DNA of 64,000 nt from an uncultured Gammaproteobacteria bacterium (lineage in GTDB: Bacteria; Patescibacteriota; Patescibacteriia; Magasanikbacterales; UBA922). This document shows, in pieces, positions 40,899 through 50,807 of the stretch. Where the stretch lies: NCBI GenBank assembly GCA_964597575.1, contig CAZQXB010000001.1, forward strand, positions 466,111-530,110, written 5' to 3'. A model generated the notes under the pieces. It saw only the letters and a list, made by a program, of their open reading frames with translations, had not been told where the DNA came from and did no database searches. The stretch's first letter is position 1. Each line of letters opens with the position of its first letter. A program made the position numbers and the translations under genes.

Positions 40899-40927
40899 TT
40901 GACAAAAGGTGCTTTTTGTGGTATACT
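40899..40927 (+). promoter_or_regulatory. consensus sigma70 promoter
   Basis: TTGACA-N17-TATACT with extended -10 TG. Confidence 0.8.
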
Positions 40928-41014
40928 GCTTTGTCATAGAATTCCTATTTTGCTATGCTAAATAGGCTGTGATCAAGTCCGAAAATTCACCCCCAACCAG
41001 AAGGAGACAGCACC

Positions 41015-41311
41015 ATGAGTGAGTCAAGAGAAGCCCGCATCGCCTACTTCCGCGCCCAGTTCGACGGCTTCCGTGAGGATGCCGCCCAGGGAACCGTAAC
41101 CAAGGGGCGGCAGGAGCAGTTCCACCAGCTCGTGATCTTCCTCTCCGAGGAGTGCATCCCGGATGAGATGTACTCCTCCGGGGATGACGGTGTCATCATC
41201 CGCGCTCTGACCAAGGACTTCGGTCGGGGTTTCTGCGCCGACCTGCTCAAGTGGAGCGTGTACTACGGGATACCGGCCAGGACCAAGGCGAAGATCGAGG
41301 TCGCGGCCTAG
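41015..41311 (+). CDS. hypothetical protein (GC-rich orphan)
   Basis: AAGGAG SD, own promoter and terminator, strong GC3 bias. Confidence 0.75.
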   Translation: MSESREARIAYFRAQFDGFREDAAQGTVTKGRQEQFHQLVIFLSEECIPDEMYSSGDDGVIIRALTKDFGRGFCADLLKWSVYYGIPARTKAKIEVAA

Positions 41312-41494
41312 AACCACCCATCCACGCCAAAAAAGCTCCCACATTCGTGGTCGAGCACCCCGGAGACGCCTACCCCTATGTACGCGTCTCCCACATTCAA
41401 AAGGTCATCTCATTCGAGGTGATTTTTTGTTTTTCTTTTGGCAAGAAAAGAAAAGGGGAGTACAGTACATATATCTGCTTTAAGCTGTATTTCT

Positions 41495-42886
41495 ATGAAT
41501 AAAGTGCTTCTTTCTCTTAGTATTATCGCCGGAGTAATGCTTATAGGTGTAGCCATTTTTATTATTCCCCGGTATGCGGGTATAAAACCAGTGATTAGCG
41601 ATCCGCCAGAGTCGATCATTGAACTTATTGAGAAATATAATGAAAATAATCCGCCCGCTTCAACAACAACGCCCACCCCTTTGCCCCCCAGTGTCTCTGG
41701 AATTCCACCCACGAACACCATCTCAGCCCCGGTAAAAAATACCACGGGTTTTCCACTCGTTTTACCCGAGGGATTCTCTATTGAAGTGTTTGCTAAAAAC
41801 GCCCCAGGTGCCCGGGTGATGGCTTTTGATAGTAAGGGTGATTTGTGGGTGTCACGCATGTCAAAAGGAATTGTTACCATGTATGATGTTGAGAATGGAA
41901 AAGTTGTGGGGCAAAAAGATGTTTTCAAGAATTTAAAAAATCCGCACGGGTTAGCCTTTCGACATGACGACAATGGGGACGCGGATATTTTATATATCGC
42001 TGAAGAAGATAAGATTTCGACCGCTATTGTGCGAAGAAACGATATTAGTGCAGTTCAGGGTACCAATGTGGCTAAAATGACTGACATTGAAAAAGTTGAT
42101 CTTTCGCTCGCGGTTTCTTCTCTCATTCAGCCAAATAAAATAAAGGATCTTACTCCAAGTAACACGGCGGCACGCCATAAATCACGCACCATCAGTTTTG
42201 GTCCTGACGGCCGTTTGTATGTTTCGATTGGTTCTTCTTGTGATGTGTGTACCGAAAGCACCGACCTTCCAGCCAAAATATTTTCCATGAAATTTGACGG
42301 AAGCGATTGGCGGGAAGAAGCGAGAGGGCTCCGAAATTCCGTTTTCTTTACCTGGAGTTTTGTTGATGGCCGCATGTGGGCCACTGACATGGGTCGTGAT
42401 CGGTTAGGTGATAATCTGCCTCCAGACGAAATTAATATTATTGAAAGAGGGAAAAATTACGGTTGGCCCATTTGTTACGGGAAGAATGTTCACGATACGT
42501 CGTTTGATAAAAACACCTACATTCGAAATCCGTGCATGGAACCATTTGAAACGGAAAGTCATGTGGATCTGCCGGCTCATGTGGCGCCTCTTGGGCTCAC
42601 CTTTATTCCCGAAGAAGGTTGGCCAAAAAAATATTGGTATAATCTTCTTGTCTCATACCATGGTTCATGGAACAGTACGAAACCCGTAGGGTACAAAGTG
42701 GCGCGTATCATTCTTGATGCGAAGGGTAATGTGAAGGGTACGGAAGATTTCTTAACTGGATTTTTAACGAAAGACAATAAAGCCTTAGGTCGGCCGGTCG
42801 ATATCATGGCACAACCGGGTGGGGTAGTGTACATTTCCGATGATCATGCCGGGGTCATTTACCGAGTTTGGTACAATGGGAAGTAG
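41495..42886 (+). CDS. PQQ-dependent sugar/sorbosone dehydrogenase family protein
   Basis: FGPDGRLYVSIGSSC, GLRN, PPDEIN, YGWP and HGSWN motifs. Confidence 0.9.
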   Translation: MNKVLLSLSIIAGVMLIGVAIFIIPRYAGIKPVISDPPESIIELIEKYNENNPPASTTTPTPLPPSVSGIPPTNTISAPVKNTTGFPLVLPEGFSIEVFAKNAPGARVMAFDSKGDLWVSRMSKGIVTMYDVENGKVVGQKDVFKNLKNPHGLAFRHDDNGDADILYIAEEDKISTAIVRRNDISAVQGTNVAKMTDIEKVDLSLAVSSLIQPNKIKDLTPSNTAARHKSRTISFGPDGRLYVSIGSSCDVCTESTDLPAKIFSMKFDGSDWREEARGLRNSVFFTWSFVDGRMWATDMGRDRLGDNLPPDEINIIERGKNYGWPICYGKNVHDTSFDKNTYIRNPCMEPFETESHVDLPAHVAPLGLTFIPEEGWPKKYWYNLLVSYHGSWNSTKPVGYKVARIILDAKGNVKGTEDFLTGFLTKDNKALGRPVDIMAQPGGVVYISDDHAGVIYRVWYNGK

Positions 42887-42937
42887 GTTGAGTTTTTCTC
42901 GGCGAAACGGTAGAGTGGCAGGGGAGGGAGATTCGTT

Positions 42938-44746
42938 ATGTCAGATACCCAACTCATCAAAGATAAAATTGACGTGGTGAGCCTGGTTGGCGAGTATGTG
43001 CAACTGAAGCCAGCTGGGATAAACCACAAGGGGCTTTGTCCGTTCCATCGGGAAAAGTCTCCTTCGTTTATGGTGAATCGCGAGCGTCAAAGCTGGCATT
43101 GTTTTGGTTGCGCCAAAGGTGGAGATATCTTCTCTTTTATTGAAGAAATTGAGGGCATGGATTTTGTCGAGGCTCTCAAATTTTTGGCAGGAAAGGCCGG
43201 GGTTGAACTGACCGATCGACGCGGATCGTCTTCGAAAGAAACTGGGCAAAAACAACGATTAAAAGAAATCGTGGCAGAAGCGGCTCGCTTTTATCACAAA
43301 GTACTTCTTGAACTTCCGCAGGCCGAACTTGCTCGAGAATATCTACAGAAACGGGGATTAACGAATGAAACGATTGAAGCATGGCAGATTGGTTTTATTC
43401 CAGATCAGTGGGATTTGCTCACAAAATATTTACTGAAAAAAGGACATGGGGTGGATGACCTTATCGCGGCTGGTGTTACGATTCAGCGGGAAGGTTCAGA
43501 CATGGTAAGCGGCCGAGGGTTTTATGACCGGTTTCGAGGGCGGATTATGTTTCCGCTTTCGGATATTCACGGGGCAGTGGTCGGGTTTACCGGGCGCGTT
43601 CTTGTTGAAACAGAACACTCTGGTGGAAAATATGTGAACACTCCTCAAACACCGCTCTACGATAAATCGCGTGTGGTTTTTGGGTTGCATAAAGCAAAGC
43701 AGGTCATGCGGGAAGAAAATTTAGCCGTGCTCGTGGAGGGGCAGATGGATGTGATTGCGTGTCACCAAGCCGGTATGGCGAATGTGGTTGCTACAAGTGG
43801 GACGGCGATGACCGAACACCAGGTATCGCTTTTGGCTCGCTACACCAAAAATTTAGCGCTAGCATTTGATGCCGATAAAGCGGGGCAAGCTGCAGCTGAT
43901 CGCGGAATTGATGTCGCTCTGAAACAAGAGATGAATATTCGCATGATTCGGATTCCAGAGGGTGCGGGGAAAGACCCGGATGAATGTGTGAAGAAAAATA
44001 AAGAGGTATGGTTTCAGGCGGTGAAAGATGCTGAAGATGTTATGCGTTGGTATATGCGCCAAGCGCTCGTTGATAAAAATGTTGCCCAACCAAAAGACAA
44101 ACAGGCGGCGGCCACCTTCATGCTTTTGAAAATTGATTTACTGCAGTCGGCCGTGGAGCGCGATCACTGGTTTCGTGAGCTTTCTTTGGCAGTCGGAGTA
44201 GAGGTTGATGTCTTAAAAGAAGAATTAAAACGCCTTAAAAATGCCAAAAAAGATCCTCCGAAAGCGCTCGTTTTGTCCAAAGATGTGAAAGAGGTGGATC
44301 GAGTGGTCACAGGGCTTCCGCCCACCCGTTTGGAGCGGCAGTTTGAGCAGTTTTTTGAACTCCTGCTCCGGTTTCCGAGTTTGGCTCCCGGGGCGATTAC
44401 TGCGGCGCCGGAAGCAGGGTTGTCCACATCGGCCTACGGCCCCCTTTACGAATGGCTGAAAAGCGTCTATACTACGCCTGACTTTACACCCGGGAGACCC
44501 CTTCCGGTTCCTTCAGACGAGAACCTCTCGTCACATATTGCTCGCCTGGTCATGAAAAGCGAGCTCGACTTTGGAGAAATGACCCTTGCTGACGCAGGGC
44601 TTACGCTCAAAAGTTTGACCGAATATATTACGGCGGAAATTCGCAAAGAACGCCGGCACGAGCTCCTTTTGGCAATTCAAGAGGCAAACAAACGCGGAGA
44701 TGCAGCTGCCGAAATGGCGCTCCTTCAGACGTTTCAGAGCCTCTAA
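42938..44746 (+). CDS. dnaG: DNA primase
   Basis: CPFH..CFGC Zn finger, DRFRGRIMFP, KYVNTP, VEGQMDV, FDADKAG and KDPDE motifs. Confidence 0.98.
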   Translation: MSDTQLIKDKIDVVSLVGEYVQLKPAGINHKGLCPFHREKSPSFMVNRERQSWHCFGCAKGGDIFSFIEEIEGMDFVEALKFLAGKAGVELTDRRGSSSKETGQKQRLKEIVAEAARFYHKVLLELPQAELAREYLQKRGLTNETIEAWQIGFIPDQWDLLTKYLLKKGHGVDDLIAAGVTIQREGSDMVSGRGFYDRFRGRIMFPLSDIHGAVVGFTGRVLVETEHSGGKYVNTPQTPLYDKSRVVFGLHKAKQVMREENLAVLVEGQMDVIACHQAGMANVVATSGTAMTEHQVSLLARYTKNLALAFDADKAGQAAADRGIDVALKQEMNIRMIRIPEGAGKDPDECVKKNKEVWFQAVKDAEDVMRWYMRQALVDKNVAQPKDKQAAATFMLLKIDLLQSAVERDHWFRELSLAVGVEVDVLKEELKRLKNAKKDPPKALVLSKDVKEVDRVVTGLPPTRLERQFEQFFELLLRFPSLAPGAITAAPEAGLSTSAYGPLYEWLKSVYTTPDFTPGRPLPVPSDENLSSHIARLVMKSELDFGEMTLADAGLTLKSLTEYITAEIRKERRHELLLAIQEANKRGDAAAEMALLQTFQSL

Positions 44747-44796
44747 TATTTCGAAAAGCAGATGGTCATTTGTTTCGTTTTTTTTAATATCGTCGC

Positions 44797-46092
44797 ATGC
44801 CTAAGAAAAAAAAGAGCGCCCAGGGTTTCGCGGCCCGGGTGAAGCGAGCAGTAAAGAAAATTGGAGCCGTAAAAAAAGTCGTAGCGAAACCTCAGAAAAA
44901 AGTGTTGCCGAAACCTCGGCCAGCACAGAAGCAAAAGTTTTCTAAAAAACCATTTGTTAAAGGGCCTCCAGCTCCTCCAGAGCCTGAGCCAGATTTTACC
45001 TCTCCGACCGACGATAACTTACTTAAGCTCGTTGATAAGGGGAGAGGCCGTGGATTTATTACCGAAACAGAAGTGGTTCGTGTATTTCCGTATTTAGAAC
45101 GATACCTTCCGCTGTACGAAGTCTTTTTGGATGCACTCGAAAAAAACGGTGTTTCTGTTGTAGAAACTGGGGGAGGACTTTTAGGAAACACGGTTCAGAA
45201 AAAAGAAATGCTTTCGAGTTTGCGCGGGAAACAGCCGGATGTGGAAGGTGAGTTTGATTTGGGAAGTATTTCTCAAGATTCTATTCAGATGTATCTGCGC
45301 GAAATTGGGAAGATTCCGCTTCTGAATGCTGAAGAAGAAGTGTCGCTCGCGAAACGTAAAGAACGAGGGGATCGTGAGGCTGAACGAAAAATGATTGAAG
45401 CCAACTTGCGACTGGTCGTTTCGATTGCGAAAAAGTTTGTCGGAAAACAGCTTTCTCTTTTGGATTTAATCCAAGAAGGAAATATTGGCTTGTTCCGTGC
45501 CGTGAAGAAGTTCGACTATCGCAAAGGGTACAAGTTTTCAACGTACGCTACGTGGTGGATTCGCCAAGCCATTACGCGTGCTTTGGCCGACCAGTCCCGT
45601 ACTATTCGTATTCCGGTTCACATGGTCGAAACCATCAACCGTTTTCAACAAGTACAGCGTCGTTTGCTCCAAGATTTAGGTCGTGATCCAACCCCTGAAG
45701 AGTTGGCTGCCGAAATGGGTGAGGAAATCGAAAAGATTAATCACATCATTAAAATTTCTCAAGAAACCATTTCTCTTGAAACAAGTGTGGGGGATGACGA
45801 TGATGATACGCAGTTGGCCGACTTTATCGAAGACGTGAAAAATGTGAGCCCGGCACAAGTGGCCGGAGTGCAGTTGCTCCGTGAATACATTCATGAAGCA
45901 ATTAAAGATCTGTCTCCGCGTGAACAAAAAATTCTTGAAATGCGTTTTGGTCTCTCAGACGGTGTCACGCACACGCTTGAAGAAGTAGGAAAAGAATTTG
46001 ATGTAACCCGTGAACGTATTCGCCAAATTGAAGCGAAGGCGCTCGAAAAGATTCAGAACATGGGAATTATTGATAAGTTGCGAGACTACTAA
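44797..46092 (+). CDS. rpoD: primary sigma-70 factor
   Basis: [35 protein letters not shown] and TRERIRQIE motifs; follows dnaG. Confidence 0.96.
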   Translation: MPKKKKSAQGFAARVKRAVKKIGAVKKVVAKPQKKVLPKPRPAQKQKFSKKPFVKGPPAPPEPEPDFTSPTDDNLLKLVDKGRGRGFITETEVVRVFPYLERYLPLYEVFLDALEKNGVSVVETGGGLLGNTVQKKEMLSSLRGKQPDVEGEFDLGSISQDSIQMYLREIGKIPLLNAEEEVSLAKRKERGDREAERKMIEANLRLVVSIAKKFVGKQLSLLDLIQEGNIGLFRAVKKFDYRKGYKFSTYATWWIRQAITRALADQSRTIRIPVHMVETINRFQQVQRRLLQDLGRDPTPEELAAEMGEEIEKINHIIKISQETISLETSVGDDDDDTQLADFIEDVKNVSPAQVAGVQLLREYIHEAIKDLSPREQKILEMRFGLSDGVTHTLEEVGKEFDVTRERIRQIEAKALEKIQNMGIIDKLRDY

Positions 46093-46095
46093 AAA

Positions 46096-46130
46096 TAAAA
46101 ACACCGACGCTTGAAACGTCGGTGTTTTTA
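46096..46130. terminator. terminator after rpoD
   Basis: AAAAACACCGACG-loop-CGTCGGTGTTTTT. Confidence 0.8.
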
Positions 46131-46243
46131 TCTTCCCAAGACATTGTCCAAGTGTTGAACAAGATAATAGGGAAGGGAAGTGGTGGCTAGTACAGTCGAA
46201 TCTCTCCGCTTCCCATTTTGCCGAGAGCCTCCAGGTCTCGGGC

Positions 46244-46729
46244 TTACCGTTTGATCTTCGCCTTGAAGGCGAGGCCGATGTCCATGCAGCTGTGTCCGTG
46301 CAGAACGATCGGGTTCTTGTCCATCCTGCTCATGAGGAGCTGCACCGGCATCCGCTCGCTGTAGAGCTCGCCCTCCTCGTCGAGGAGGAACAGCGTGATC
46401 AGAGCCGCCGGATCGGCTGCGATGAGGACCCAGCGGTTGGTGGGCGTGACGTCGGTCATGAGGAAGTCCGCACCTCCTTCCAGCTGGAAGAAGAAGCACC
46501 CTTCCCCCTTTTCGATCCTGACCTGCGGGACTGCCGCGTCCCCGGGGATGGGAGAAGCCTGTGCTTCGAGGTAGAAGCAGTTCGGACACCCAGTCTTCTC
46601 CTTGAACTCCCGGTGCCAGCGGTTGGTGGCCTCGAGGTTGTCCGGCTCCGGCGGACGCGCCGGGAACGAGGAACACCCGACGATCATGATGGTGATGAGC
46701 AGCGAAAGGGCAGTCTTGGTAATGTTCAC
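46244..46729 (-). CDS. orphan lipoprotein A
   Basis: Lipobox IVGC; GC-rich; promoter TTGACA-N17-TATACT at 46858-46830. Confidence 0.8.
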   Translation of the reverse strand: MNITKTALSLLITIMIVGCSSFPARPPEPDNLEATNRWHREFKEKTGCPNCFYLEAQASPIPGDAAVPQVRIEKGEGCFFFQLEGGADFLMTDVTPTNRWVLIAADPAALITLFLLDEEGELYSERMPVQLLMSRMDKNPIVLHGHSCMDIGLAFKAKIKR

Positions 46730-46975
46730 GTTCGTATCCTTTTCCGGATAAATCCGGGATTTTTTGGTGATCGACTACAAAGTAGTCGAGTTCCTTTGTA
46801 GGAAGCCTGGTTTAGCTTCGGAACCACACAGTATAGCATAAAACAGGCATTTTGTCAACCTGTAAAATGTATCCCTCTTCTTGACCAATTACGGTTTTTC
46901 CCGTATATCTTCCTATGACCGTTTGCACCTAGAAATGGCAGAGAGGCCTGTTCAGCACAGGAGAAGGGGGAGGGA

Positions 46976-47443
46976 ATGTCAGAAAAACGATGGTATCGAA
47001 ACGCTCGGTTGTCGAAAGAAAAGAAGGCGGCTTTGAAGGAGAAAATGACGACTGGCGAAATCATCGGGAAGCTCAAGGCAATGCATTTCTTCGGCGATAT
47101 CTGTATAGCCGAGGAAACCATTCTCGATACGATGGCAGTGTGCATCACGGATGACACCATAGAAAACCGCCCTCGTATTCGCCAGATCGTGTTCATCGAC
47201 ATGGATTACTTCCTCGTATTCCTTGCTCTCGATGCTGTCACGGCCGAGAGCATTCGCGAAGCGACCTTCGATCCTGAAGGGGGAACGCTGACCTTTCGCA
47301 ATTTCATGTTCCTGTTCCCGGGAGAAATTGAGAAAAGGCCAGTTGATGTGGTGTTTCGAAGCACCGATGGGCCGGAGCTCGACCACTACGCGTTCTACAC
47401 TGCCGACGAACACGGCCAACCACTCGGGGATCCTCCCTCGTGA
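46976..47443 (+). CDS. hypothetical protein
   Basis: 155 aa; purine-rich SD; TTGACC-N17-TATATC upstream. Confidence 0.65.
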   Translation: MSEKRWYRNARLSKEKKAALKEKMTTGEIIGKLKAMHFFGDICIAEETILDTMAVCITDDTIENRPRIRQIVFIDMDYFLVFLALDAVTAESIREATFDPEGGTLTFRNFMFLFPGEIEKRPVDVVFRSTDGPELDHYAFYTADEHGQPLGDPPS

Positions 47444-47485
47444 TACTGCTGCTCGCGGCCCTCACCAGAACCCCACTGTTCTGGT

Positions 47486-47524
47486 CCAATCAAAAAATCA
47501 CCAGCGAATGGTGATTTTTTGTAT
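47486..47524 (+). repeat. 39-bp direct repeat, copy 1 (terminator-like hairpin)
   Basis: CCAATCAAAAAATCACCAGCGAATGGTGATTTTTTGTAT, identical to 48350-48388. Confidence 0.9.
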
Positions 47525-47631
47525 GCTATTCCTGGGAACAAGGTCTACAGAAGTAAACCGTGTAGTTAGGAAGGGAAGGAGGAAACGCTCGGTGCGGTTC
47601 GCTCAGCTTCCCGATGATGGGACTCTGTGGA

Positions 47632-48114
47632 TCAATCCTTGAAGAACTTTTGATAGATGGCTTCGTCGATTTGGTCACAGGTGTGGCCGTTGACGGAGAG
47701 CCTGTCATCGGTCTTCAGGATACTCTCCCAGAGGTATCTCTGGCCCGTGGTGGTCGGATTCCCGAAGTCATCGACTCCGATGATAACGGTGCCGAAGTCA
47801 CTCTCCGGCACCGGAAGGGAAACCCACGGTTTCTCCTCCGTGATCTCGACGACGTAGGTCGGGCTGGGGCCTGGGTTCTTGTGCGCGTTCTCGGGCGTCC
47901 TCCAAATCCAGAGGAACGCGCACCCCTCGCCCTCAAACTTGACACTGTTTCCGTGCGCGGGCTTCTCGGCGAACGTTTCGAGCTTCGTGTACCGGTGGTA
48001 CTCCCTGTCCTTTGCCGTCATGAACCCCCAGTCTTTGGTGAGTGGCGCCGTGGCACACCCGGTGCTGACGAGCAGGAGAACGATCAGGGTGGTGAGAATT
48101 CGTCCGTTGTTCAT
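47632..48114 (-). CDS. orphan lipoprotein B (likely distant paralog of A)
   Basis: Lipobox STGC; GGAG SD; promoter at 48284-48256; shares GEGC.F and GH.C with A. Confidence 0.8.
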   Translation of the reverse strand: MNNGRILTTLIVLLLVSTGCATAPLTKDWGFMTAKDREYHRYTKLETFAEKPAHGNSVKFEGEGCAFLWIWRTPENAHKNPGPSPTYVVEITEEKPWVSLPVPESDFGTVIIGVDDFGNPTTTGQRYLWESILKTDDRLSVNGHTCDQIDEAIYQKFFKD

Positions 48115-48349
48115 GTTGACTCCGATCTTTTGGTTGTGTTGTTTCTGGTTGAGATTGAGATTTTTTCTGCTCCCGGTGTTACCCGTACTTCCGAGTACGG
48201 GGAACAGTTGGGGCAAGGAAAGAATCTTCAAAAGAGAGTCAATTTTGAACAACATAGTATAACACAAAAAAGCCCCTCTGTCAAGAGGTGTCTACAAGTA
48301 AATTAAGGCTTTATTTGCTATAAAAATCACTATTTTTTACTCGTATTTC

Positions 48350-48388
48350 CCAATCAAAAAATCACCAGCGAATGGTGATTTTTTGTAT
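48350..48388 (+). repeat. 39-bp direct repeat, copy 2
   Basis: Identical to 47486-47524. Confidence 0.9.
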
Positions 48389-48411
48389 TCTATTTCCTCA
48401 ATTATTCTACC

Positions 48412-48440
48412 TTGACAAAAAGGTGAAATTATGGTATACT
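48412..48440 (+). promoter_or_regulatory. consensus sigma70 promoter of the helicase gene
   Basis: TTGACA-N17-TATACT with extended -10 TG. Confidence 0.8.
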
Positions 48441-48474
48441 CACTCACTCGAATTTTTCGAAATTCGAGGAGAAA

Positions 48475-48621
48475 ATGCGAAGGCAGCTACGCCTTATGAG
48501 TCTACCCTTCCAACCTTGTAAAAAAGGTATGGCGGTTAGAAAGTCGGTTCAACCGGCGCAAGCGAAAGAGCTGTTGCGCAAGCAATACACCTTACAGGTT
48601 TCGCTTGGGAGAAAAAAATGA
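48475..48621 (+). CDS. putative 48-aa leader ORF coupled to the helicase
   Basis: GAGGAG SD; open frame whose TGA overlaps the helicase ATG (ATGA). Confidence 0.4.
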   Translation: MRRQLRLMSLPFQPCKKGMAVRKSVQPAQAKELLRKQYTLQVSLGRKK

Positions 48622-50471
48622 CTGAGACAAAGGATGTCTTACCGGTACAAGAATATCGGGACGAAGTTCTGACGTCTGTTCAGAACAATGCGATTACCTT
48701 GATCATTGCCGAAACTGGGGCAGGAAAAAGCACGCAAGTGCCAAAATTCCTCCTTGAAGCTGGCTACAGGGTGGTCGTGACGCAACCCAGACGTTTGGCT
48801 GCGATAAGCTTGGCCACTCGTGTGGCTGAGGAACTAGGGTGCGAAATCGGCACTACTGTAGGCTACCGAACGGGGCATGAGCGCGCATCCTCAAAGGACA
48901 CGCGGTTACTGTTCTGTACGGACGGGCTGCAGTTGGTCCGGGAGCTTACGGGTAACGGTATTGGCGACGACGCAGAAACGGTTCTCGTGCTCGACGAAGT
49001 TCACGAGTGGAATCTCAATCTGGAAATTCTTCTCGGCTTCGTGAAGAAGCAGCAAGAAGAAGGCCAGAACTGCAAGGTTCTGCTCATGTCAGCCACTGTG
49101 GATGTGGAAAAACTGAACGCGTACTTCGGTAGCGTACAGGTTATCCGTATTCCCGGTCGGTTGTATCCGGTGACGTGGGCTTACCGCAGTGCGCGCTCCT
49201 TGTTCACCGAGGTGAGCAGGTTTGCTCGTGGGGGGAAGAATGTGTTGGTTTTTCAGCCGGGGATCAAGGAGGTGAACGACCTCCTGCGTTCGCTCGATGG
49301 ACTCGACGCAGAACTTCTCCCGCTTCATGGAAATCTTGAAGCGAGCGAGCAGACACGGTGCTTCGATCAGTACACCCGACCAAAGGTGATCGTTGCTACG
49401 AACGTCGCGCAGACGTCCGTGACGATTCCCGGGATCGACGCAGTCATAGATTGCGGTCTCGAGAAAAAGCCGCACGTGGTTAATGGTGTCGAAGGGTTGT
49501 ACCCTCGTCCGATTAGCCAAGCCGACTGCCAGCAACGAGCAGGTCGTGCGGGACGCTGTGGTCCGGGAGAGTATGTTCTCTGCGCCGACACTCCCTTCAA
49601 GGATAGAGAGGTATTTCCTTTGCCGGAAATCGCGTATCTCCAACTTGATCAGGTGGTGCTTCGGCTCGCAGCGTTCGGACTCGACGCCTGCTCCTTTCCT
49701 TTCTTCCACGAACCGAATCAGGAGAACCTGGCGCGGTCGAAGGAATGTTTGGAAGGTATGGGCGCCCTAACCGAGGCAGGTGTTGTGACAGAGGTTGGAA
49801 AGCTTATGGCCAAACTTCCTCTCACTGCACGGTACGCACGGATGGTCGTGGAAGCCATGAAACGTAGAGTCGTGGCAGACGTGGTGAAGGTGGTTGCCAT
49901 TCTCGAAGCCGGCGGTCTCCGAGACAAGAATCGAGAGTGGCAGTACTACACGCGTGAAGAGGGAAGTGATCTTCTGGCGGATCTTGAACTGTATGAAGCA
50001 GTCCGAGGGTTGCGCCCGAAAGACATGGAAAAGAGAGGTATCAGTCCCGGAAGATATTACGAGGCCAAGAAGATTGTGGGGGACATTATGCAAGTCCTTC
50101 GCTCTCATCGAGTCTTCGGAGTTTCTCCGGGTTCTCGTCGCGATATCCTCCTTGCCTGTGCTGCCGGTATGGCGGATCAGGTCCATCGACACGTGGGTGG
50201 TGGTTGGTACGAAAACAAGAAAGGAGAGAAAAGAAAAAAGTCGTCACAAAGTGCGGTTACTGGTGAGCCCGAACATGTTGTGGGTTTGCCTCGAGATCTG
50301 CTTCTTGGACAACACGTGAAGCACGTGCTTGAGTACGTTTCCGCCCTGAACGCTGAGCAGATTGCCGAGGTGATGTCGGTAACCCCTCAGCAGACATACT
50401 CCCGGCACGCAGAGCTCGAAGTTGTCCGAGTGCAGCGTGCGGTGGTATCAAAGGAGGCAAAAAAACACTGA
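48618..50471 (+). CDS. DEAH-box (HrpA/HrpB-like) RNA helicase
   Basis: AETGAGKST, TQPRRLAA, DEVH, MSAT, ATNVAQTSVTI and QRAGRAGR motifs; HA2-like region. Confidence 0.93.
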   Translation: MTETKDVLPVQEYRDEVLTSVQNNAITLIIAETGAGKSTQVPKFLLEAGYRVVVTQPRRLAAISLATRVAEELGCEIGTTVGYRTGHERASSKDTRLLFCTDGLQLVRELTGNGIGDDAETVLVLDEVHEWNLNLEILLGFVKKQQEEGQNCKVLLMSATVDVEKLNAYFGSVQVIRIPGRLYPVTWAYRSARSLFTEVSRFARGGKNVLVFQPGIKEVNDLLRSLDGLDAELLPLHGNLEASEQTRCFDQYTRPKVIVATNVAQTSVTIPGIDAVIDCGLEKKPHVVNGVEGLYPRPISQADCQQRAGRAGRCGPGEYVLCADTPFKDREVFPLPEIAYLQLDQVVLRLAAFGLDACSFPFFHEPNQENLARSKECLEGMGALTEAGVVTEVGKLMAKLPLTARYARMVVEAMKRRVVADVVKVVAILEAGGLRDKNREWQYYTREEGSDLLADLELYEAVRGLRPKDMEKRGISPGRYYEAKKIVGDIMQVLRSHRVFGVSPGSRRDILLACAAGMADQVHRHVGGGWYENKKGEKRKKSSQSAVTGEPEHVVGLPRDLLLGQHVKHVLEYVSALNAEQIAEVMSVTPQQTYSRHAELEVVRVQRAVVSKEAKKH

Positions 50472-50628
50472 TAAAAGGAGGGGCTTGGGATGAGGCTGGA
50501 ACACGAATTGTCCACCTTATCCCTCCTCAATAATATCACTCTTTAAAAAAGAGTATTATTTAGAGGGTAGGATAAAAGATATACACACATAAAGTTGCTT
50601 AATTTAGCATAAAAAATAGAGTACCACC

Positions 50629-50657
50629 TTGACAAAGTGGTGTTTTTATGCTATACT
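50629..50657 (+). promoter_or_regulatory. consensus sigma70 promoter of the sigma-rnc operon
   Basis: TTGACA-N17-TATACT with extended -10 TG. Confidence 0.8.
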
Positions 50658-50807
50658 TTATCGTTAATTTGAGTGCTTTATTCTGCTTGTTTGAATGCCC
50701 TCAAAGCGAACACAGCAGATCAAGTACTCAAAAGGTTCTTGACAACTGAAACAAATTAACTGAATGCAAAATTCAGGTAGACCCTTTATTGGGTGAGAAA
50801 GAAGGAA

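Noticed and set aside
46128-48306. Long alternative ORFs (46128-46676, 46292-46801, 46979-47419, 47614-48306)
   Set aside because: Shadow frames of GC-rich genes that have clear promoters, SD motifs or lipoboxes.
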